Part shown: piece after piece, positions 33,576-45,978 of the stretch
How the letters are laid out: the number at the start of each line of letters is the position of its first letter
Position numbering within the stretch: position 1 is the first letter of the stretch
Assembly: GCA_002269645.1 (NCBI GenBank)
Contig: NIVC01001567.1
Location: forward strand, 1-64,000
Length of the DNA stretch: 64,000 nt
Direction: 5' to 3'
From: Macrostomum lignano
Lineage: Eukaryota
Made by a program: the position numbers and the translations under genes
Notes under the pieces: model-generated
What the model saw: the letters and a program-made list of their open reading frames with translations, nothing else
What the model was told of the DNA's origin: nothing
The model's database searches: none

Positions 33576-34480
33576 CACTGGCGGCCCGCCCAGGGCCCCC
33601 GTTGAGGAGGCAACAGAAAATGAAATAAATTTTTTAAATAAACTGCATGTAGCTTCTGACCTCACCCTTGAAATCTTAGAAATTCTTAACAATAATTTCC
33701 CATGAGCCTTGGTATCTATTCCCCAGTGAATCCTAATTATGTTCGACATGACGCTTTTTTGTGTTTGACATGACATTGCTTTTATTTTTTCTTACTTTGT
33801 TGCCTTTATAATTTTTATCTTTAACAATTATTTGATAAGAATATATATACACTTAAAAATTAAACTCACGTAGCTGCTTTATTATTTCAAGTCTGTTCAC
33901 ATCTAGGCTAGCTCTCGGCATGAATCATCGTAGCATTGATGAGGACGCACTTTTTTCCAAATCCCGCGCTAGCACATGGGCTCTAAACTTACTATCCTAC
34001 TAACAGTGGGCAATGGGCATTTTTATCCTTTTTTCTGCGAATTGTCATAGAATCTATACTAGATATAATATTTGGTCATACTAGTAGTCATAAAAACATA
34101 GGCGCAGCTTTTTGGGTCATAAATCATCGCTTTCGAAGCTGGTCTGACAGCCACCTGCGCCTCACTCAGTGTTGAGGCGGGCGCCAGATGGTCTGAGAGG
34201 ATGCGGGCGGTAGCTTTTTTCTCATCATTTTGACAGGCCATCAAGATTTATGAGGTCAGGGCCCTATTGTTCGTGTTCACTCAAGCGTGTGACAGCTTTG
34301 ACAGCTATGCGTTTTACCCCTAAAAGTATTTAGGATTAGCAATTAGCGATTTCTATTCAATATCTTCACTTTCTATTTAATAAGAGCTTTCTAATGTATA
34401 TTTTTTATTAATTTTTGTCAATCCTACGCGAAAAGTCATAAATCATTTTGTTGCAATTTTGAGTGATTTATGGCCGCACC

Positions 34481-35844
34481 TGTCATCTTTTTACGACCCT
34501 GTGGGAACTGATAGGATCTCCCGGTCACGTGATTCTGGGTAGCAACAAGCTTAGCCAATCAGAAAATTCGGCGCTCATTTGAACAAAACGGCTCAGCCAA
34601 TCAGAATCGACGTGTTCCATTATAACAAACTGCGGTCCAGTTGGCGGCTATTTAAACCGGTGTTTTTGGCCCGCTCGGACTTCAACCTGGTTCAACCTGT
34701 TCCGACTCTGGCCTGGTTCCTACTCCACCGGCCCGGAACTGACCGTCGTTTCTTGATCCCCGGATTGCGACTTCCCCCATCATCATCAAGGACGAGTCCC
34801 CCGGTCATCAGCAGCGAACATCAAGTTAAGAGCATCACCTGCTAGCTAACAGCGAAGATTGTGACAGCATCATCCCGAGTCTACAGCTGCAGAGCATCGA
34901 GCCGATTCGGTCACTGTGGATTACCTGGCCTCCGGCTGTTGAGTTTCTGATTGGTTGGGTGAGAGGCTACCTAGACTTGCTTGATTGGGTGATTCCTTAT
35001 CTGTCCCCTGTTGCAGTAGCTGGATTAGGCGCACACTTTTGCTCATTTTGTTCAGTAGTGCTGTAATCGAGGCAGAAGTCAATCAATAATACTGCTAGTA
35101 GTCTAAAACTCCAATTCAATCTGAAGTGTGAAGTGATCTGAGGAGAAGGTTAAATCTAACAGTTATTTTTATCGGTTTTATTTCTTTGTTCGCCGATGGC
35201 TCAGATGAATAGCTAAGCTAGTAGGCGCCGGTCACAGTGGACCAATGGCAAGGCGGTTCTCAGTCGATCAATCTATCAAATCAGTGAGCAAAACTGCCAG
35301 AAGTGCAGAATCGGCGCCAGAGATGTACTTTGTGCACTCTAGGTTAGCCAAGCGGCTCGGGTAATGAATCATGCGGTCTCTGAAGTTCGAGTTAGTCTAT
35401 CATCAGCGCTATGAGAGGCTAGTTGGCGCGTTGAAGGCCAAAAGTACAATTCTTCGTATTTAGCAATGTAATAGTACATGTAGCTACCCCATAGACTCGC
35501 CACTGCAAGAATCCCCTGCACAAGTCCCCTCTGTACCTGCATGGCCAATGCGATCTAGTCCCAGCAGTGTCCCTTATCATCGGCTATGACTTCGAGATTG
35601 ACAGCAGAAAGACACTAGTTGGCAGGTAAGTGCAAAGCCCCTTCTAGTCGGAAGCCCGATTTCGAGAGTCCCGGTGTGGTGAGCCAGGGCGTACGGGCTG
35701 GTGGCAGCGGGTTCGTTAATCTGCGGATTAACTAATTTCTGCCTTCAAAATTCTCCCTGCTTGTCTCTCGCTGTCCCTCTCTTAGCTATAGGACCTAGAC
35801 TGCTCGCCACACGATCAAGCTACCATGGGGCTGACCATCTGACA
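34481..35844 (+). other. LTR-like promoter-rich segment of uncertain identity
   Basis: Starts TGTCA and ends TGACA. AGCCAATCAG at 34553 and 34595, CACGTG at 34526, TATTTAAA at 34649. No matching TSD found. Confidence 0.3.
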
Positions 35845-36279
35845 GGAGTGGGGGGCCAGGACTCTAATTGATTTATTTCTGAGACCTGAGGCCCGAAGGC
35901 TTCCGCACAAGGGGGCCGGAAGGTCGAAACCCATCAGCATTTTTAATTCACAACTCACATCAAGTTGGCTCACATCAAGATATAAGTATTTTAATAAGCT
36001 GTTTTTTGTTTGTTAAACTATAAAATTAAACCCATTTTTGCAGAGTGTCTTGCATCTAAGATATAAAATCTTATCGAGTTCACTTTTCATAGAACTGAAA
36101 ATCGAGTAGGAGCACTAATTACGATCAAAGATCATGTATAAACCATGGAGGAAAGAAAAGATTTTTTTCCTCCATAATATAAACACGATGGGCGACTCAT
36201 TGGGCCACTCATTAACCACATATGTTGCCATAGAAGCCAATGTGAAACATTTTGCAACTCGTGACAGCGCGAAAATCAA

Positions 36280-36540
36280 CTACTGAACTCAATTTCTTCA
36301 GTAGTCTCCGCAGTGCATGCATCATTCCTAGTTTGATTGAGTAGCTTTTATTAAATTCATGAGAATTTGGATCGAATTCTCAAAATAGCGTCTATGTCCT
36401 AGCTACTGAACTTTCTTTAGTAGTCTCCGCAGTGCATGCATCATTCCTAGTTGGAGAAGTTTTGAGTAGCTTTTATTAAATTCATGAGAATTTCGATCGA
36501 ATTCTCAAAATAGCGTCTATGTCCTAGCTACTGAACTCAA
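36280..36540 (+). repeat. Local tandem duplication, ~124-bp unit x2
   Basis: CTACTGAACT...TAGCGTCTATGTCCTAG repeated at 36280 and 36403, with a third start at 36528. Confidence 0.9.
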
Positions 36541-37708
36541 AATTAATAAGCAACCCGTGTCGGCTGTTTTCGCAAAAGTGATTCGCATTGTTCACCAACT
36601 TGACGATCACTATTCACATTTCAAATGTAGAACAATACATTACTACAAACAATGCATACCGGCGCTCGCCAGACAATCGTTGTCACGCACTGGGACCGCT
36701 GATTATTTATCTATTGCAATTGTTGTGACCAAGAAAGACATTTTAGCACTCAAAAAAGTACTGAATCCTATATTAAAACCAGCCATTAGGCAGAGATCAT
36801 TACGGTGAATGGACATTTTGATCAAGGAAATATGCTGGTCTTGTGAAGTTTTGACGTAATGAAAAACGTAACATTTAGGTCTGGCGAAAACGCTCTGTGC
36901 ATGCGCTATGTAGGCTGAGGTCTAATGCACAACAGAATCTCTTTTTTGGATGATTTATCGTGCAGCCATTCACAAAAGCGTATAAGAATGATATTCCTAC
37001 GCTTAAAATCAGCCGTCCTTATACGGGGCATCATTAAAAGCATTCCATTTTATTCAGCATTCCAGCAAAGAGACTATGCCTTTTACTTGAATCGCCGCTC
37101 CGTTTGAAGCTCCAATTAATGGCGTTGCATATAGAAAAAGACAAGAATCCGAAATTTGCAAAGATTCATTGTAGTGAGTTGACTGCATGGGCATTGTATT
37201 TGCCAAAATGGGCTTAGCTAGGTCTCCAAAAGTCTATGCATTTATGGTAGTTTCTTTAATTGGCATCCATCCAGATCTACATGCAACTGCTCTCTGAATC
37301 TCTTGAGTATGCTTCAGTCTTTGAATGGAAGCCAACCTTGTTAGTTAATGCGGATGAGCTGGTGAGGCCCTAGAGACATTTAACAACACGTTCTAAACTA
37401 GTGAAGGCATCTTCACCTGTCATGCGGTCTAAAAAGTCTGTCGTTAGTTTGCTTGATTGGCATTTGCTTTCGGAATCCCTCAACCAAGGGCTCGTCATGG
37501 ACAAAAGGGGCGCGGAGCCGAGGGAGGGATGATGATGAGGATGTTTTTTAGAATTCTTGCTTAGCAACGTATCGACTCAAGCAGCATGCACTTTTCAACT
37601 AATTAGCGCCGCTGTAGCAGGCTTTCTGTTGCAAATAAGAATGCCAACTTAAGTCAACCCAGAAATAGAAAGTCTTCACGCGTGCTTTTGGTAGCTTTCT
37701 TCTGCAAC

Positions 37709-38841
37709 ATGTCTGCTTTTCCTATTGCTGCTGCAGTTCTCTTGAACTGCGTGTCTCCGATTCTGACTGCCGCCAGCTCACAGTCGGGTAGGTCAATTGT
37801 AAAATTTGCTTGCTGAAAGCCTACTTGATGCGTGAAAAATTGGAAGACAATTTGTTCTCATATTTCAGTGCTCTCGGCTGCCGAGGCTTCGCCAACCATA
37901 GTTGCTTCGATGACGTCAGAGCCTGGTCGAAGCGTTGCCGACTGCGCGATGAAATGCGAGCCCCCGCATATGCAATACTGCTCCGCCTTTGCCTTTGTCC
38001 CTGAGAGTAAGCTCTGCCTGCTCACGGAGGCGCAGAATGCCGACTTTGCATCCGTCGCTCCTAGCGGCTTGGTTTATCGAAAGAGCATCGATAGCGATAG
38101 TGAGTTGTGAGAAATTTAATGTGATTTAAACAACTACTCGAATAAACTGTGGCTTGTATTAATTAAAAGGCATAAAAAATTACACTGAACATATTTACAT
38201 CCAGCATCAAATTTTGCGACTATTTCAGAAAAGCTGGTTGTGATTGACGGCAAGAAATTCCAAGTGATCCAGCACAGATCGAAGGGCGAGCTCAGCTTTG
38301 CCAGGGGATGGACTCAGCATGAGGACGGATTTGGAGATGAGACAGACTTCTGGATCGGTGAGCAGAGTTAATTATTTTAATGAGATGCTATGTACGGAAG
38401 AACGGTATACGGCAGTAACAAAAGCAACTGTAATTTTAGGTCTTCGCACAATCCACGAGCTGACTGGTAGCTCACCGAAGCTTCTACGAGTTGAGGCGGT
38501 CACCTGGTCGGATAAGCTCTACGTCAGCGAGTACTCTGGCTTCTCTGTAGCCGATGCCAGCACAGACTACAGAATGACCTACACTTCGTACCTGAGTGAC
38601 AACTCCAACACGACTGGCGATTCGTTTACCAATATGAAAGGAATGCAGTTCTCCACTATGGACCGCGACAACGATATGAGCACTTCTGGCTTTTGTTCCA
38701 ATGGCCGCGGAAACTCAGGCTGGTGGTTCAATCACTGCGGAAATTACAATCCTTCATCCTTCAACCATGCACTGGGGTGGCACCGCAGCCCAGCATAGTA
38801 CTGCGCTGAAGAGCATTCGGATGATGATTCACCTGGCTTAA
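37709..38841 (+). CDS. Secreted PAN/Apple + fibrinogen-related (FReD) protein; exons 37709-37787, 37869-38099, 38229-38357, 38440-38798 (canonical end 38841 after a +1 shift)
   Basis: All three introns are GT-AG, phase 1 and in frame. Signal peptide; PAN pattern DCAMKC...CSAFAF...CLL; FReD motifs FQVIQHR, FARGW..HEDGFG, FWIGLRTIHELT, GMQFSTMDRDND, GWWFNHC. Confidence 0.88.
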
Positions 38842-39996
38842 TGTCGCGTAGCTGGAGACAATCGTTAACTAAAAATGAGTGTACTTTCTGTGTGATAGTT
38901 CGTTTACGTCTTGTCAGTGAACTACTCAATGCTAGGGACGGGAAACAAAATTAAAGGCCGATCTATTAATGACAATAATTAAAAACCTATCCAAGTCATG
39001 GCTTTGGATGACTATAGTATTGAGTAGTTTCTTTCTACAATATTTTAGAATCCCAGATATAATGTACTCGTACTAACTACTATTATATCCAATTCCTAAA
39101 AACGCATGTAAAACCGATCTCTCGATAATACTAAACCAATTCAAAACCCTAAACCCAAACATACTGATTTTCTGTTGTCGGTTTTTAGATCACGACGTAA
39201 TATAAAATATGTCTCACAGTTTGAAAGAAACAAAAAATATATATTGAACATTTATTAAAGATCGTAGTTTACTTTCTTTTGACGATCTATTAATCACTGA
39301 GTCCGAGTCTTTTACGCATCCAGAAACTGGGCCAACTTTGATTTAAAATCCTTTACCTATCGCTTTTGATGCCAAATAGTCAAAGAAAGTGATCCTCAGA
39401 CATATTTTATATTTTATAACCACTGGTAGTCTATAATTTATGACCATCGAAGCTGTGTAAATTTTTTTGGCTCAAAAAATGTAGGATTTTGACATTCCTA
39501 GTTTGCCCCTTACCAGTAAAGTTACCTTCCATTATGATTTATTGGCGCTGAGCTGTTCTATAGACACCTGGACGTCACAGGGCGTCTGGAAAGAGTCACT
39601 TTTGGCTTGTTTTCCAACACAAAATTGATCTATCTGAAAGCTGTACCAGCCCCCCATCATCAGCGAGATAATCCAGCTGGGGCATACTGCATTTTGAGTA
39701 TTCAAAATCATGGAGTGTTTCGTTGTATTACTCTTAGTAGTCTAGTAGACTGGTCCTTTGGAAATGCCGCAGTAATCATGGACCCTCTACGTACTCGACG
39801 TACTCGATGTTGAAGGACGTCGCTATAGCATAGCAACTATACGCTGCTGAAGGATAAAAAACGTTGTACCTATATCAATCAGTCAGTTTCTGAACCGATG
39901 AACTGATATTGATGAACCGATTCTGATATTGTTGGTCTCCATGACAACCATATGAACCGGTTCTGACATTGTTGGTCTCCATGACAACCATATGTA

Positions 39997-41035
39997 TGTA
40001 GTGAGTCGCTAGTCAGCAGCTTCCCTCGCCCTCGCCATGAGCTTCTGTCTGCCGCTGAGCAGTTGCTGGGGTCCGCCTTTCTGTCCTCATTTGCCCCCCA
40101 TTCTGTCCTCGTTTGCCCCCATTCTGTCCTCGTTTGCCCCCCCCCATTCTGTCCTCGTTTGCCCCCATTCTGTCCTCGTTTGCCCCCTTGTCTCGTGCTC
40201 TCGTTTGCAGTGTCCAGACTCCAGACTGCTTGGTCTGTCTTGCCTCCGTTTTAGTTTTCGGTTTGGCCCTTCCCTTTTGGCTCCGTTTTCAGGTCTCAAG
40301 GTCACTGGTGGCTTCACCACATGTACAGTGTAGTGGGCCTTCTCCCCTCCTCAGCCTGGGCCGCCTCAGTCCAAATATTTCATCATTGTACGCTGGGTAC
40401 GTGTTTGTGGGGGAAATCACGTGCACCGAGAGCCTTGTCTCCTCTGAGACAAACCCGTGCGCCCGTTGCTAAAAATAGCAACAAATCCATCGATTGCGCG
40501 CAACGGGGGGTCTTGTTATTTATGGTGCGAGATTTCCACCCTATATATGCAGCCCCCTCCTCCCGCCTTGGTTTAGACAAGGGCCTTCGCTTCCCGTTCA
40601 AGTTGCTGAGTTTCAAATCTCCCGGGTCCTCAGCCCTCTGAAGTTTTTTAAGTCCAAGTGTGTTAGTGTGACTGCTGATCCTATTGTGACTGCTATCTGC
40701 CAACAACACTGCTAAGCCCATCAGGAACTAGCACCATTTTTCCTACCCGGAACTAGCCCGGCAGGAACTGCTGACGTCGGACGCTTACGATCGAGAACTG
40801 TCAAAATCTGCACAAAGTGCCAGTCTCTCTGTCTTATTTATTTGCTTCTACGAGATCACAGATCAGCGCCTCACCGAAAGCTGCGACTCCAAGAATCTGG
40901 TGGCAGCACTACCTACACTACGAAGACCGGTTTCTAAGAGAGAGGGCCTGAGGACCCTAAGCTAGAAGCCTGTACAACATTGGTGGCAGCGGCCGGAGCC
41001 CGAGACTGCCCGATCAACAACCCGAGAACCACAGG
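39997..41035 (+). mobile_element. LTR (~39997-40979, TGT...ACA) with tRNA-Leu primer-binding site and a ~45-bp internal stub
   Basis: LTR end ACA at 40979, then TGGTGGCAGCGG at 40981-40992, complementary to the 3' end of tRNA-Leu. TATA-like CTATATAT near 40540; internal 21-bp repeat at 40075-40190. Confidence 0.7.
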
Positions 41036-41042
41036 TACTTCA

Positions 41043-43262
41043 TATGTGAACCGGTTCTGACAGTGTTGGTCTCCATGACAACCATATGAACCGGTTCTGA
41101 CAGTGTTGGTCTTCATACGACAACCATATGAACCAGTTCTGACAGTGTTGGTCTTCATATGACAACCGTATGAACCAGTTCTGACAGTGTTGGTCTTCAT
41201 ATGAGAACCGTATGAACCAGTTCTGACAGTGTTGGTCTTCATATGACAACCATATGAACCAGTTCTGACAGTGTTGGTCTTCATATGACAACCGTATGAA
41301 CCAGTTCTGACAGTGTTGGTCTTCATATGACAACCGTATGAACCAGTTCTGACAGTGTTGGTCTTCATATGACAACCGTATGAACCAGTTCTGACAGTGT
41401 TGGTCTTCATATGACAACCATATGAACCAGTTCTGACAGTGTTGGTCTTCATATGACAACCATATGAACCAGTTCTGACAATGTTGGTCTTCATATGACA
41501 ACCGTATGAACCAGTTCTGACAGTGTTGGTCTTCATACGACAACCATATGAACCAGTTCTGACAGTGTTGGTCTTCATATGACAACCGTATGAACCAGTT
41601 CTGACAGTGTTGGTCTTCATATGACAACCGTATGAACCAGTTCTGACAGTGTTGGTCTTCATATGACAACCGTATGAACCAGTTCTGGCAGTGTTGGTCT
41701 TCATATGACAACCGTATGAACCAGTTCTGACAGTGTTGGTCTTCATATGAGAACCGTATGAACCAGTTCTGACAGTGTTGGTCTTCATATGACAACCGTA
41801 TGAACCAGTTCTGACAGTGTTGGTCTTCATATGACAACCATATGAACCAGTTCTGACAGTGTTGGTCTTCATATGACAACCGTATGAACCAGTTCTGACA
41901 GTGTTGGTCTTCATTTGACAACCATATGAACCAGTTCTGACAATGTTGGTCTTCATATGACAACCATACATGCGCAACCTCCAAATTTTGGTCGGCCATG
42001 CGACTTAGTTTTAACAAAAATGCGACGTAGTTTTTGGCCAAAAATGCGACTTACATGTAAAAAACCCGAAAGCAAAAGTAACGCAACTTTGGGTAAACGG
42101 CAGGAGTAACTATGACTGTCTTATAAAGCCAAAATGCCTCGTCAGCTACTTAGTACTACTACTCCGTGTTTTTTCGGGTTGGCATTTTTGCGACTTCCTT
42201 GGTTGGCCGCCAAATCGGTCGGCCGGATCGGCCGACTCGGCCGACTGTTGCGCATGTATGATGACAACCATATGAACCAGTTCTGACAGTGTTGGTCTTC
42301 ATATGACAACCGTATGAACCAGTTCTGACAGTGTTGGTCTTCATATGACAACCGTATGAACCAGTTCTGACAGTGTTGGTCTTCATATGACAACCATATG
42401 AACCAGTTCTGACAATGTTGGTCTTCATATGACAACCATATGAACCAGTTCTGACAATGTTGGTCTTCATGACAACCATATGAACCAGTTCTGACAATGT
42501 TGGTCTTTATATGACAACCATATGAACCAGTTCTGACAGTGTTGGTCTCCATGACAACCATATGAACCAGTTCTGATAGTGTTGGTCTCCATGACAACCA
42601 TATGAACCAGTTCTGATAGTGTTGGTCTCCATGACAACCATATGAACCAGTTCTGATAGTGTTGGTCTTCAAATGACAACCATATGAACCTGTTCTGATA
42701 GTGTCGGTCTCCATGACAACCATATGAACCAGTTCTGATAGTGTTGGTCTCCATGACAACCATATGAACCAGTTCTGATAGTGTTGGTCTCCATGACAAC
42801 CATATGAACCAGTTCTGATAGTGTTGGTCTCTATGACAACCATATGAACCGGTTCTGACAGTGCTGGTCTCCATGACAACCATATGAACCGGTTCTGACA
42901 GTGCTGGTCTCCATGACAACCATATGAACCGATTCTGATAGTGTTGGTCTCTATGACAACCATATGAACCGGTTCTGACAGTGCTGGTCTCCATGACAAC
43001 CATATGAACCGGTTCTGACAGTGCTGGTCTCCATGACAACCATATGAACCGATTCTGGTAGTGCTGGTGTTCATGACAACCATATGAACCTGTTCTGGTA
43101 GTGCTGGTGTTCATGACAACCATATGAACCTGTTCTGGTAGTGCTGGTGTTCATGGCAACCATATGAACCAGTTCTGACAGTGTTGGTCTCCATGACAAC
43201 CATATGAACCGATTCTGGTAGTGCTGGTGTTCATGACAACCATATGAACCTGTTCTGACAGT
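41043..43262 (+). repeat. 40/42-bp satellite (ATATGACAACCGTATGAACCAGTTCTGACAGTGTTGGTCTTC and a 40-bp CTCCATG variant)
   Basis: About 45 units, interrupted at 41969-42256; further monomers at 39912-39994. Confidence 0.97.
41969..42256. mobile_element. MITE with CATGCGCAAC TIRs and probable TA target duplication
   Basis: TA|CATGCGCAAC ... GTTGCGCATG|TA. The internal sequence is homologous to ~50640-50760. Confidence 0.75.
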
Positions 43263-43655
43263 TTTAAATCATTAATCTTAATTTCGGTTGCTTGCAAAAT
43301 TGTTTTACACAATTCAACGGCATACCAAGACAGAAAGACCAGGCAGCATTACTCACTATTCTAAGATTTGCCAAACGAAATGCACGGCAACTGACAAGAG
43401 AGATAGGAGAGAAAGAGCGAAGAGTGACAGACCTAAGAGACGAGAGCTCAGTTTAATAGCATGTAGAGAGATTTTGTATGCACGAATGAAGCCTAGAATA
43501 GCACGTGACATACTAAATTTAAGAAGGTGCACAACTGAAAATCTGTCTGTGTTTACATTGTCGCTCCATTACAGAGTCTTCAAGGTCGCTCATATTGCAC
43601 ATACCAGTTGTTACTCTGTTGGCAAAATAACTTCAAGCTTCACGAACTGTAAGAG

Positions 43656-44117
43656 ATGCAACAGCAAGGAAACGCCATCAGCGAGAGCCAGCTGGAGGCC
43701 CTGGTGGCAGCCTGCGTCAAAGCTGCCGAGTTCTCGTATTCGCCCTACAGCGGCTATCGAGTCGGAGCGGCGCTGCTCACGGACTCGCCGGAGCCGGTCA
43801 TCATCCCGGGTTGCAACGTGGAGAACTGCACCTATCCCGACGGCTGTTGCGCCGAGAAGACCGCCATTGTCAAGGCGGTGTCGGAAGGCCACCGGAGATT
43901 CCTGGCCCTGGCGGTGACCATCGCGATTCAGGGCGACGATCATCCGAGAATGTGCGGCTCCTGCCGGCAGGTGGTGGCGGAGTTCTGCGGCGACCAGTTC
44001 CCCATCTACTTGGTCCGCTACAAGGACCGGGACTGCCAGCTGGTGCGCCTGGGTGACTACCTGCCTGCGGCGTTCCGGCCCAGCATCCTGGCTCAGGACC
44101 GAAGTGCAGCTGACTGA
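43656..44117 (+). CDS. CDA: Cytidine deaminase (homotetrameric nucleoside CDA type), intronless paralogue 1
   Basis: YSPYSGYRVGAALL, GCNVENCTY, CAE (Zn ligand and catalytic Glu), CGSCRQVVAEF, LPAAFRP. Confidence 0.92.
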   Translation: MQQQGNAISESQLEALVAACVKAAEFSYSPYSGYRVGAALLTDSPEPVIIPGCNVENCTYPDGCCAEKTAIVKAVSEGHRRFLALAVTIAIQGDDHPRMCGSCRQVVAEFCGDQFPIYLVRYKDRDCQLVRLGDYLPAAFRPSILAQDRSAAD

Positions 44118-44365
44118 CTGACTGACTGACTGACTGACTGACTGACTGACTGACTGTCTGACTGACTGACTGACTGACTGACTGACTGACTGACTGTCTG
44201 ACTGACTGTCTGACTGACTGACTGACTGACTGACTGACTGACTGACTGACTGACTGACTGACTGACTGACTGACTGACTGTCTGACTGTCTGACTGACTG
44301 ACTGACTGACTGACTGACTGTCTGTCTGTCTGTCTGCCTGTCTGTCTGTCTATCTGTCTGCCTGC

Positions 44366-44413
<48 letters not shown>

Positions 44414-44418
44414 CTGCC

Positions 44419-44463
<45 letters not shown>

Positions 44464-44466
44464 GCC

Positions 44467-44507
<41 letters not shown>

Positions 44508-44542
44508 GACTGTCTGTCTGTCTGTCTGTCTGTCTGTCTGCC

Positions 44543-44603
<61 letters not shown>

Positions 44604-44606
44604 GAC

Positions 44607-44649
<43 letters not shown>

Positions 44650-44653
44650 CTGC

Positions 44654-44685
<32 letters not shown>

Positions 44686-44690
44686 CTGCC

Positions 44691-44781
<91 letters not shown>

Positions 44782-44782
44782 G
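44110..44782. repeat. Compound microsatellite (CTGA)n grading into (CTGT)n
   Basis: Directly visible; begins within the last codons of CDA1. Confidence 0.98.
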
Positions 44783-45189
44783 ACTAAGTATCTACATCCT
44801 GCGAACAATATTACATATATTACATGAGATTATTAATCAAGTAAATCTAGGTACTTTCTATAACCAGACTGCAGAGCGTTATCAGATAAAAGTACACACA
44901 GCAGTGCGTTGCGCCGTCTCGTAGAGGTGCGGCTCCTACCGGTTAGAGTTCACGTGCTTGCGTGTCAAAACAAATTTTCTATATCTGCGAAGTTCCGCAT
45001 GTTCTGTTCTGTTAATTACATGGATTAGCAGTAGATAATATAATTCAGCAAGACAGACTTGCATGGTTTTTTATTCTTACCATGTTTCACTTGTATTAAT
45101 TACTAAATTGTACTGCCTGGTGTTAAACGGGTTAATTTTGGCGTGAACTGATAGCATGTCAGTGACAGCTAGCATCATGTCTAACAGTT

Positions 45190-45843
45190 GTGAGTGACAC
45201 TATCCCCTGTCTAACAGGTGTGACAACAACCTCTGCCTAACAGTTGTGACACTATCCCCTGTCTAACAGGTGTGACACTATCCCCTGTCTAACAGGTGTG
45301 ACACTATCCCCTGTCTAACAGGTGTGACACTATCCCCTGTCTAACAGGTGTGACACTATCCCCTGTCTAACAGGTGTGACACTATCCCCTGTCTAACAGG
45401 TGTGACACTATCCCCTGTCTAACAGGTGTGACACTATCCCCTGTCTAACAGGTGTGACACTATCCCCTGTCTAACAGGTGTGACACTATCACTTGTCTAA
45501 CAGGTGTGACACTATCCCCTGTCTAACAGGTGTGACACTATCACTTGTCTAACAGGTGTGACACTATCCCCTGTCTAACAGGTGTGACACTATCACTTGT
45601 CTAACAGGTGTGACACTATCCCCTGTCTAACAGATGTGACACTATCCCCTGTCTAACAGGTGTGACACTATCCCCTGTCTAACAGGTGTGACACTATCCC
45701 CTGTCTAATAGGTGTGACACTATCCCCTGTCTAACAGGTGTGACACTATCCCTTGTCTAACAGGTGTGACACTATCCCCTGTCTAATAGGTGTGACACTA
45801 TCCCCTGTCTAACAGGTGTGACACTATCCCCTGTCTAACAGGT
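45190..45843 (+). repeat. 26-bp minisatellite GTGTGACACTATCCCCTGTCTAACAG
   Basis: About 24 units. Confidence 0.97.
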
Positions 45844-45978
45844 GAAGCACAGGTATTAATCATTTCTGGCAGTTCCAGTTACGAATAGCAAAATGGACAG
45901 CCAGCACCAAATGGAGTGGCCCAAGCTCATCTTGAATACATGCACACATCAAGTTCAAGCGTCAAGGACAGCCAATGT

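Noticed and set aside
40934-43123. Cys/His-rich periodic ORFs (SYEDQHCQNWFIRL; MKTNTVRTGSYGCH) resembling metal-binding repeats
   Set aside because: They arise because the unit is 42 bp; frames break where 40-bp units occur, and the array is interrupted by a MITE and an LTR.
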